IMG/VR virus record: IMGVR_UViG_3300031813_000006
Coordinates: 32,001-96,000 of that record
Source: a virus
Taxonomy: Duplodnaviria > Caudoviricetes
DNA length: 64,000 bases
Strand: one strand, 5' to 3'
Shown here: positions 56,915 through 64,000 of the stretch, one piece after another
How positions within the stretch are numbered: the first letter of the stretch is position 1
Layout of the letters: the number at the start of each line of letters is the position of its first letter
The notes under the pieces: model-generated
What the model saw: the letters and a program-made list of their open reading frames with translations, nothing else
Databases searched by the model: none
What the model was told of the DNA's origin: nothing
Position numbers and translations under genes: made by a program

Positions 56915-59590
56915 TTAAGTATTTGTTGAATTTATTAATGGATTTTCATAACCATACCATAAAATATTACCATCAGACCATAGTAAATATGCTTGAGGAA
57001 TAGGTTCATTTCTGCACGGCATTCCTGCAAAAATTGGTTGGCAGCTATGACATGTTTGTGATACAGGGTGATTACATGAATTTATTGGAGAACCACATGA
57101 ATTAGATTCTTGAGTACCTAAACAATATAAAGGATCTATTTTAAAAGATAGATCAGATAAAGATTTTCTAACCCACAATTGAGTAACATCTTTATTCCAT
57201 TCACATGTAGAGATACCAAATCTATATTTCTTAGTCACATTCCAATAGGATTGAGCAAAGTTTATATTAGCGTCAATATCACATTTAGTTAAATCTGTCC
57301 TAGTATAATCCTTAACAGGGGCAGGTAGAACTCTTGGTATTGCAGGAAGTGGTACAGGAACCTGTGGTAAACAACAGACACAATCCGCATAAGGGGCAGA
57401 GATTGTTAATATTGTAGGGATGGAATCTGTAGGACAACTGCAATAACTAGGTTCAGATACGGTCCAACATATTGTAGACAAGTAAGTTGTAGTAGATGTT
57501 TTAACATCTTTTACTACTGAACCTACGTACTTATGTAGATCACTTTTAACAATGATTGGGGCACTAATTGCTTGTCCTGCACAAGGTGTTAAAGTATAAC
57601 AAAGTAATTCATAACAATGGCAACAATCTGCAAACTCTGTTATTAGAGAAGGTAATAAAGGAGTTGTATCAGGTTCTACTAACCAAGTAGAGTTATTACA
57701 ATCAGAAGCTACAGATACTGTCCAACAGTATCCTGGAAATGTAGATATTTTAATTACAGGAGTTAAAGGACTTCCGCTAGCAACATATGCTGAAAAATCA
57801 TCTTTGAATTTTAAAGGTGCATGAGCTCCATTACATTCTGTAAGGATGTAGCATATTGGATTACACTGAACACATGTTGTGTATAATTCTACATTTAATG
57901 CAGAAGGTGATATGTAATTTACATTTACTCCTGTAGGAGCCGGAAGATTATTTTTAGATATTACTTGCCAGCAATATGGACCTAAATCAGGAGATATCTT
58001 AATACTTGCAGAGGTTCCTACATAATTTGATAGGTCATAACCTGTGGTATAAGTATTTGATACAGTACCTTGGTTTGAACAAGCCTGTAATGTAAAATAT
58101 GGTTCCGGATTACATATACTGCAAGAACTGTAACTTTGAATGCTAATGTTTGTAAGGAGGGTACTATTAGTACAATGTGTAGAGTAAGTTACTGTCCAAC
58201 AGGTATTTACAAATGTAATATTACCTGTGATCTTAATCACTTTATTTACATATTGAGAAAAATTATAACTACTGTCTGGAGTTACTACATATGTTTTAGT
58301 AGGGTCATCACAACTAGTTAATAAAAAGCAACTTTGACATTTACTTGTAGGTGTTATATAACATCCATAGTTTTGTCCACAATTACTTGGTACACTACCT
58401 GGTGAACAGTTGAACCCTGTATATGCAGGATAAGTTCCTAGATTGGTTAAATTACCATCATCCACTATTGGAAAAATAGGAATGAGAGTTACACCATCAG
58501 AAGCAGTGACTGTTGCACTACTACTAAGTGGTGGTAATGAATATGTATTTTTAGTACTAAATAACAAGTAAGACGCTAAAGCAGTTTCATCTTTAAAAGC
58601 TTTTAAATCAGCTACTTGAAGAAGACCTGTATTTGAAGAACCATATATCTCAGCACCAAAAATTGCTTGAGCTCCTGTATTTGAACCTTGTAAATAAACA
58701 GTATAACTTTCACCAGCAACTAACCAGATTGGAAATACATGCCATATCCATGCATTATTAGGGGTAACAACTTCAAAATCAAATAATAAAGTTCCTTCTA
58801 ATACACTACCTACTGTATTAGATGTAACTGGGCCGGTACCATATATACCACCAGATATTGAAATCTTTATTAAATCATCTGCACCAAAACCTATATAATA
58901 AAAACCTGTTGAAGATACTGTTGGTAAGCATTGAGAAAAACCAATGAACCTATTGAAAGGATACATTACAGCTGGAGATGGAGCAGGTGATACACCTCCA
59001 TAATTAGGTACTTTTGTCCAAACACCTACATTATCTAATCTACCAAAAGAATATTTTGTAGGATCTGTAATAGGTCCTGCGGTACCTGATGGATTACCCC
59101 AAACAGTATTTATATCTAAAACAGCAGTTCCATTAAGTGTTACAGCGTTACTATTACTATCTGTAATAGAATTATAACTACCATTTTTAATAGGGTAAGC
59201 ACTAAGTGAAGGTTGTGCTCCAACAGGTGTTCCAAATGGAATATTATAAAAAACAGTTCCATTTTTACCATGGATGCCTACTTCTGAATTACCTACTTGA
59301 TGAGGAGTTATTGAAGGGTTGCCAAATTGATCTTGATAAACAACTTGACAAACTTGAAAGTAATTACCTGAATTAGCTGCACCAGTAGAGTTAGTATCAG
59401 TATCATCACCAAGTAACGCACCACTTTGTAAACCAATTCCATTCCCGTCTTTACCAATGCAATCTGTACAATAGGTAGTTGGTCCAGTGCAACCTGAACC
59501 ATCTTGATTAGGAGTATAACCATCTGGGCAACCACATGGGCTATACTGATCAGTAAAAGTTTTGTAACATCTACTCTCTAATGATACCAT
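56915..59590 (-). CDS. Cys-rich tail hub-like/structural protein with a PA14-like domain and four Cys repeats
   Basis: GFYYIGFGADD motif; four C[FY]xLxxC...YV...CWxV...CxxC units; C-terminal FA...RFGISTC segment; synteny. Confidence 0.55.
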   Translation of the reverse strand: MVSLESRCYKTFTDQYSPCGCPDGYTPNQDGSGCTGPTTYCTDCIGKDGNGIGLQSGALLGDDTDTNSTGAANSGNYFQVCQVVYQDQFGNPSITPHQVGNSEVGIHGKNGTVFYNIPFGTPVGAQPSLSAYPIKNGSYNSITDSNSNAVTLNGTAVLDINTVWGNPSGTAGPITDPTKYSFGRLDNVGVWTKVPNYGGVSPAPSPAVMYPFNRFIGFSQCLPTVSSTGFYYIGFGADDLIKISISGGIYGTGPVTSNTVGSVLEGTLLFDFEVVTPNNAWIWHVFPIWLVAGESYTVYLQGSNTGAQAIFGAEIYGSSNTGLLQVADLKAFKDETALASYLLFSTKNTYSLPPLSSSATVTASDGVTLIPIFPIVDDGNLTNLGTYPAYTGFNCSPGSVPSNCGQNYGCYITPTSKCQSCFLLTSCDDPTKTYVVTPDSSYNFSQYVNKVIKITGNITFVNTCWTVTYSTHCTNSTLLTNISIQSYSSCSICNPEPYFTLQACSNQGTVSNTYTTGYDLSNYVGTSASIKISPDLGPYCWQVISKNNLPAPTGVNVNYISPSALNVELYTTCVQCNPICYILTECNGAHAPLKFKDDFSAYVASGSPLTPVIKISTFPGYCWTVSVASDCNNSTWLVEPDTTPLLPSLITEFADCCHCYELLCYTLTPCAGQAISAPIIVKSDLHKYVGSVVKDVKTSTTTYLSTICWTVSEPSYCSCPTDSIPTILTISAPYADCVCCLPQVPVPLPAIPRVLPAPVKDYTRTDLTKCDIDANINFAQSYWNVTKKYRFGISTCEWNKDVTQLWVRKSLSDLSFKIDPLYCLGTQESNSCGSPINSCNHPVSQTCHSCQPIFAGMPCRNEPIPQAYLLWSDGNILWYGYENPLINSTNT

Positions 59591-59594
59591 TGTA

Positions 59595-59759
59595 TTATTG
59601 TTTTGGAGGTACTACTGTACTAATCTTAGTTAAATTTTGTTGATGTATTTTTGCATTGTAAGCATTAACACAATTTGCACAGACAGATCTTCCATCAGTG
59701 GCTATTTTCTTTTGACATCCGCAGGTTAATTGAGCCCCGCAATTAGAACATTGTAGCAT
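59595..59759 (-). CDS. Small Cys-rich (zinc-finger-like) protein, 54 aa, absent from the ORF track
   Basis: MLQCSNCGAQLTCGCQKKIATDGRSVCANCVNAYNAKIHQQNLTKISTVVPPKQ; fills the gap between two co-oriented genes. Confidence 0.75.
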   Translation of the reverse strand: MLQCSNCGAQLTCGCQKKIATDGRSVCANCVNAYNAKIHQQNLTKISTVVPPKQ

Positions 59760-59774
59760 GTTAGTTGGTTTAGG

Positions 59775-60329
59775 TTAACAAGAAAGGTTATAAAATTTCG
59801 CTAATTTATTTAATCTCTGCCTTGCATAATTATAAATTGCCATACCTGCTTGAGGATTTTGAGCAATCTCTACCTTAGCTTTTGCAGCATCAATTAAAGT
59901 TTTGATAAACTGTGCTTCTCTGATCTTCTGTTCTATTTCAATATCAGGGGCACAATTAGAAATATCCAACTTACACAATACATTCATATAAGTTGTCATA
60001 ATGGTTGCTATTCTTAAATGATTGTATTCTACAAAGACAACCTCATTTGGGGATACACTCCAACGGATTATATAGATACCATCAACTAAAAAGTTATTAT
60101 AATTGTCACAATTACTTTGTTGAATACCAAGATCACAAGCTGTAATATTAGCTGTAAATAATGGGGCCCTATTAGTAATTACAATAGGTAAATTAAACCC
60201 TGGAGGAGTTATTTCCAAAGTAGGGCAAGTGATGGGTAAAGAAGGAGCATAAATAGATGTATCCACTATATGAATAATGCATGTATTTAAGAAGTCTGCA
60301 ATATCTAAACTCAAACTTTGCTTTGCCAT
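59775..60329 (-). CDS. Tail hub-like structural protein
   Basis: LVDGIYIIRWSV...C.L...C...AKA pattern; follows the auxiliary capsid-like gene as in crAss-like gene order. Confidence 0.55.
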   Translation of the reverse strand: MAKQSLSLDIADFLNTCIIHIVDTSIYAPSLPITCPTLEITPPGFNLPIVITNRAPLFTANITACDLGIQQSNCDNYNNFLVDGIYIIRWSVSPNEVVFVEYNHLRIATIMTTYMNVLCKLDISNCAPDIEIEQKIREAQFIKTLIDAAKAKVEIAQNPQAGMAIYNYARQRLNKLAKFYNLSC

Positions 60330-60333
60330 ATAT

Positions 60334-60341
60334 CAAAGGTA
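60334..60341 (-). promoter_or_regulatory. Putative -7 promoter element TACCTTTG
   Basis: TAnnTTTG-N4-ATG directly after a terminator. Confidence 0.5.
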
Positions 60342-60342
60342 T

Positions 60343-60392
60343 AAAAAAGAATGAGGGAAGGAAGTATTTTACCTCTCCTCCCTCATCTTTTT
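60343..60392 (-). terminator. Intrinsic terminator after the auxiliary capsid-like gene
   Basis: The - strand reads GATGAGGGAGGAGAGGT-AAAAT-ACTTCCTTCCCTCATTC-TTTTTT (imperfect stem plus T-run). Confidence 0.7.
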
Positions 60393-60405
60393 AATTAGAA
60401 ATTAA

Positions 60406-62331
60406 TTAACTAACAACTACAGTGTAAACTTTAATTTGTGAACATCCTGTTGTTTGATCAGTTACAGCTAAAGTGAAGCTATAAGTTCCTGCAACTGGTG
60501 CAGTACCTGTCAACAATCCGGTTGTAGCATTAATTACACAAGTACCAAAAGTACCGTTGGTGATTTCGTAAACATATGATCCACCACCAACCATGGTAGC
60601 AGCCAAAGATTTACTTACAGCACCGCTAGCAGTTTCTGTAGCGTATGTAGCAAAAGTCCAAGCACCGCAAGCAGCAGGACAAGCAGCTGTTACAGGAGCA
60701 TAGATAGTAAGAGTTACACCAGTTCCTGCAGCACCTAACCAAGTTTTCATAGCGGTTTCAAAAGCAGATGAAATACCATTTGTAATAACGTCTAACAAGT
60801 AACGGTCATTATCAAACATTCCAGAAGGGTTATTAAGTCTTGGAACATTATGAAGAATTTGGTAACGTGTATATAAGTTAGCACGTTGAATTGCATTAGT
60901 AACATCATATCCTTGAGTTACTTCGCGGATACGTAAATCTTTACTAGTGTTAAAGTAGTTTTGCATATATGATTCAGAAAGAATCAAATCACGTAATACT
61001 TCTTCACCAAGACCCATTGCTTGACGTGGCAAACATTGTGTTTCAACACAAATGCTAGAGAACGTACAAGGATTTCCTATTTCATCAACCATTGAAGCAT
61101 AAATGTTCACAGGTTGTTTTTCAAAGAAATCTGAAGGGTAGAAAGTGCAATCTCCAAAACGGGTATCAACAAACGCACCTGTCAAAGACATACCAGCTGT
61201 TTTACCAGTGATATAACCAGGAGATACATAATTATCCCAAGTTGGAATAGCTGTTCCAGTTACTGTAAATGTTGCAAGAACACCTGCTTCACCTTGTTCA
61301 AGTTGAGGGAAACGCAATACATCACCTACTGAATAACCTAAACCAGGAGTTTCTACAACTACAGTTGTAATAACACCACCTGATACAGTTACTGTAGCAG
61401 TTGCACCTGCACCATTATTAGGAGTTCCGTCAAGACCTTGGAAAATTACATTGTAATAAGTTCCATCAGTATAAAGAGTACCACCGTTAGTGATAGCCAA
61501 AGAACTGATACCAGGTTTAGCAACGTTATCAAAATATTCTCCAGTTGTTCCAGGAGCATACCATGCACCACCTAATTGGTCATAAACCACAGGCATAATG
61601 AAAGGACCTACAATACGGCTATTCATGATTTGGGTAGCCCAACCAATCATAGCAAGAGTTGAATCAACTGGGGTTGGTGCAATGCAACCTGCAGCGCAAC
61701 ATCCAGTATAATAATCTACTGTCCAATAACCATTACGGCTTAATGCACGTAGTTCAGGAGAACCTTTAACATCAATACGCAAATAATATGTTTCATCACA
61801 TAAGAATTGGAAAGCACAACTTGTGTTAGTTCCCAACGCTGGAGTCAAAGAAGTTCCAGTTTTAGTGAAAGGAGTTGTTCCAATGTGAATTACGTTTTGA
61901 TTAGCAGTAACAGGATCAATCCTATTAAAGTTAGATACATAACGTGGGTTAATCAATTTAGACTTGGTAGTCTCTTGATAACCTCCTGCAAAAGGACCAA
62001 TCTTGTCATTTTGATAAAGAGCAGTACTAACTAAATACAAAGGAATACCGTTTATAACTTCAGTAGAAGAATTTCCTACAGCAAGTAATGCACCGTTTCC
62101 ATTATTAGTTTGTTGTGAAAATAATCCAAATGAACCAACACCTAAAGCAAAAGGTGCAGCAGTTTGAACTAAGTTTACAGATTGAACACCAGTTTGTCCA
62201 TTAACAGTTGGTACACCAGCCGTAATGTCCACATAACCGTGGTCAACTTTTACAGATACACCAGCACTGTAAGACTGAGAAAATTTGGTTCCCACCAAGA
62301 TTTTTCTAAACGCGTGATTAAAATAAGCCAT
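60406..62331 (-). CDS. Auxiliary capsid/decoration-like protein with an inserted beta repeat and C-terminal Ig-like domain
   Basis: 641 aa; CGT/GCT/GGT-rich codons suggest high expression; own terminator; INATTGLLTGT...GTYSFTLAVTD is He_PIG-like. Confidence 0.55.
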   Translation of the reverse strand: MAYFNHAFRKILVGTKFSQSYSAGVSVKVDHGYVDITAGVPTVNGQTGVQSVNLVQTAAPFALGVGSFGLFSQQTNNGNGALLAVGNSSTEVINGIPLYLVSTALYQNDKIGPFAGGYQETTKSKLINPRYVSNFNRIDPVTANQNVIHIGTTPFTKTGTSLTPALGTNTSCAFQFLCDETYYLRIDVKGSPELRALSRNGYWTVDYYTGCCAAGCIAPTPVDSTLAMIGWATQIMNSRIVGPFIMPVVYDQLGGAWYAPGTTGEYFDNVAKPGISSLAITNGGTLYTDGTYYNVIFQGLDGTPNNGAGATATVTVSGGVITTVVVETPGLGYSVGDVLRFPQLEQGEAGVLATFTVTGTAIPTWDNYVSPGYITGKTAGMSLTGAFVDTRFGDCTFYPSDFFEKQPVNIYASMVDEIGNPCTFSSICVETQCLPRQAMGLGEEVLRDLILSESYMQNYFNTSKDLRIREVTQGYDVTNAIQRANLYTRYQILHNVPRLNNPSGMFDNDRYLLDVITNGISSAFETAMKTWLGAAGTGVTLTIYAPVTAACPAACGAWTFATYATETASGAVSKSLAATMVGGGSYVYEITNGTFGTCVINATTGLLTGTAPVAGTYSFTLAVTDQTTGCSQIKVYTVVVS

Positions 62332-62375
62332 GTTTTTTTGGTTTTAAATTTATATACAAAGGTTAATTATACATT

Positions 62376-62387
62376 CAATATACAAAA
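62376..62387 (-). promoter_or_regulatory. Putative late promoter motif TTTTGTATATTG
   Basis: Identical 12-mer to 46254-46265. Confidence 0.5.
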
Positions 62388-62413
62388 CTTTTAATGCAAA
62401 AACAAGAATAATG

Positions 62414-63118
62414 TTAATTATTTTGTTCTGCAGCACTTTCTTCTCTTCCTTTTTGATTTAGAGATTCTATATCACCTGCTAAAATTGCAACGGCATCATC
62501 AATGATAACCTCTACAATATCATCTTTTAATCCAGGATCTACATCTGCAGTAGACACTGTTCCAGTATAAGGGTTCATACAACCTGAAACCTGAATTTTA
62601 ACGGGTTGTTTATAATAGATTAAATTTGCTGAATAAATATCAAATGCTTGGTTTGTATAGATTCTAATCTTGTTACCAATAAAAGTCATGAATGTTTCAG
62701 CCCATTCAAAACTTGGTTCTTTAAACTTATCAAGTAAGTCATTACTGACATTACCTTCTTCTGTTTCATAAACAGCCATCAGGCGTGGCTCTTTGCAACA
62801 TTCTTTAGTTGCAAAGAGCTCTAACCTTTTGAATGAAAAATAATCTACAGGCATTGATAATGTCTCAGAATAAATAGGTAAGACATTCAAGTTTAAAGGA
62901 GCAGTTGTCATTAGAGCTTGTAAATCATCTACTCTTCTTGAAGACTGCTCATCCCCTTGTTTTAATACATTAGTTCCAGCAAGTTGTCTCCGGCACCATT
63001 CAACCTGTGCCTTATTGAAAACTTCTACAAATTGCCAACACTCAACATTATCATAATCCAAGCTATCCAGTTTATTCAACCGTTGCTTCATCTTGATCAT
63101 GAGAGTTTGAACATTCAT
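62414..63118 (-). CDS. Head-tail ring/adaptor protein (crAss gene 74-like)
   Basis: LNKLDS...FNKAQ...RRVDDLQ.L...LIYYKQP...EVIIDDAV pattern; synteny. Confidence 0.65.
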   Translation of the reverse strand: MNVQTLMIKMKQRLNKLDSLDYDNVECWQFVEVFNKAQVEWCRRQLAGTNVLKQGDEQSSRRVDDLQALMTTAPLNLNVLPIYSETLSMPVDYFSFKRLELFATKECCKEPRLMAVYETEEGNVSNDLLDKFKEPSFEWAETFMTFIGNKIRIYTNQAFDIYSANLIYYKQPVKIQVSGCMNPYTGTVSTADVDPGLKDDIVEVIIDDAVAILAGDIESLNQKGREESAAEQNN

Positions 63119-63151
63119 TTGCTAGAGTGTTAGGTATTAATTAACAATTAC

Positions 63152-63274
63152 TCATTTTTTTTTTGAACCACCTTTTTTAAAGGCTGCAGGAGCAACCGCT
63201 ACTTTAGGGTTCAAACCTACTTTGGTACCTTGTTTTACTTTTGGAGCTTTGCTCACAGCTTTCTTAACAGCCAT
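63152..63274 (-). CDS. Small basic K/A/V/P-rich peptide, 40 aa, absent from the ORF track
   Basis: MAVKKAVSKAPKVKQGTKVGLNPKVAVAPAAFKKGGSKKK; A-rich leader AAAACTAAAAACAATG similar to the neighbouring genes. Confidence 0.7.
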   Translation of the reverse strand: MAVKKAVSKAPKVKQGTKVGLNPKVAVAPAAFKKGGSKKK

Positions 63275-63326
63275 TGTTTTTAGTTTTAAATTAGACTTAT
63301 TGGTTTATTAATTGTAAAGATAATAA

Positions 63327-63596
63327 TTATTCTGTAATTACAACAGTTGCTCTTGCAATTGCTTGAGCCTGAGTCCAATCTCCTATATCAGAATAAGAAG
63401 GAGTTGTTGTAGAATCCCATAAAACAATTGTTTTAGTAGTTGAATTCAAAGGGCTATTATCATCTCCTAAAGATACATCAGCTAATACAGCTGTTTGAGT
63501 ATCTCTCCACTGAAGGATGTTAAAAGAACTAGTTGTTGCAACTACTGCAGGTCTGATAGTTACTGTTGTGGGGTTTGTAAATGGTACAGTTATCAT
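63327..63596 (-). CDS. Hypothetical protein
   Basis: 89 aa, co-oriented and tightly packed; LW...Y..IGDWT motif. Confidence 0.6.
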   Translation of the reverse strand: MITVPFTNPTTVTIRPAVVATTSSFNILQWRDTQTAVLADVSLGDDNSPLNSTTKTIVLWDSTTTPSYSDIGDWTQAQAIARATVVITE

Positions 63597-63598
63597 AG

Positions 63599-63787
63599 TT
63601 ATACAGGTATATCATTTTTACCCCAAGGCTTATTAGCTTTTGTTCTGGCATCCCTGTCAGATACACGTCCTTGGTTTTTAATTTGTTGAGCGTAAGTAGT
63701 TGAGGCATAAGCTGCTGGATCCTCCATCATCTTATTATAACCATCTACTAAATCATTAAGGTTTGCACCGGTTTTTTCTTTTGCCAT
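63599..63787 (-). CDS. Hypothetical protein
   Basis: 62 aa, co-oriented, A-rich leader. Confidence 0.6.
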   Translation of the reverse strand: MAKEKTGANLNDLVDGYNKMMEDPAAYASTTYAQQIKNQGRVSDRDARTKANKPWGKNDIPV

Positions 63788-63798
63788 GGTTTTAGTTT

Positions 63799-63999
63799 TT
63801 ATTCATTCCAGTGTTTTTCCACTGAATTGAGCATTTTGTGTAAAATTTGATCATTCAACGGATTCTTTAGGAACTCTAATACATCACTAGGATTTCTACC
63901 CATTAATGCAGATGACTCTACATGATAAATAAACCCATCACTCTTGGTAGCAATAAACTTATAAAAAGTAGCATCTTTGATCAAAGCTCTTAACTTAAG
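63799..63999 (-). CDS. C-terminal part of a conserved head-module protein (crAss gene 75-like), partial
   Basis: The frame is open to the window end; MGRNPSDVLEFLKNPLN C-terminal pattern. Confidence 0.55.
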   Translation of the reverse strand, partial: LKLRALIKDATFYKFIATKSDGFIYHVESSALMGRNPSDVLEFLKNPLNDQILHKMLNSVEKHWNE

Positions 64000-64000
64000 A

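Noticed and set aside
2338-63689. Many short ORFs antisense to or nested within long genes (e.g. 4706..5056, 23313..23771, 34971..35384)
   Set aside because: These are shadow frames of long coding genes, with no recognisable motifs.
3478-63999. Stop-codon reassignment as seen in some crAss-like phages
   Set aside because: Genes are full length and densely packed in the standard code. TGA ends genes at ATGA overlaps and TAG ends the GIY-YIG ORF.
1-64000. tRNA, rRNA or CRISPR arrays
   Set aside because: Intergenic gaps are short, and no cloverleaf or repeat-spacer pattern was seen by eye. A tRNAscan-SE run would be the formal check.

Overview
This 64 kb, AT-rich window is a fragment of a crAss-like (Crassvirales-type) Bacteroidota phage read in the standard genetic code. 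The + strand (1-3414) carries the 3' end of a family B DNA polymerase split by two group I introns, each with a homing endonuclease ORF, followed by a DUF932-like gene and a convergent terminator. The rest is a - strand late module. Read in transcription order from the right end, it encodes head-associated and ring proteins, an auxiliary capsid-like protein, tail hub-like and Cys-rich fibre proteins, an IHF-like protein, two ring proteins, a muzzle/tail stabilisation protein, a tandem HiPIP-like protein, two long proteins punctuated by [FMY]xxGG motifs, and five ejected cargo proteins including a 3482 aa virion RNA polymerase (DFDVD). The most interesting signals are three. First, the four consecutive giant cargo proteins are almost Cys-free but carry Cys at every internal head-to-tail junction, suggesting a Cys-linked ejection chain. 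Second, an xxGG-delimited polyprotein/cassette system. Third, a tandem HiPIP-like Fe-S protein inside the virion module. All product calls come from motif recognition and synteny, not from database searches.
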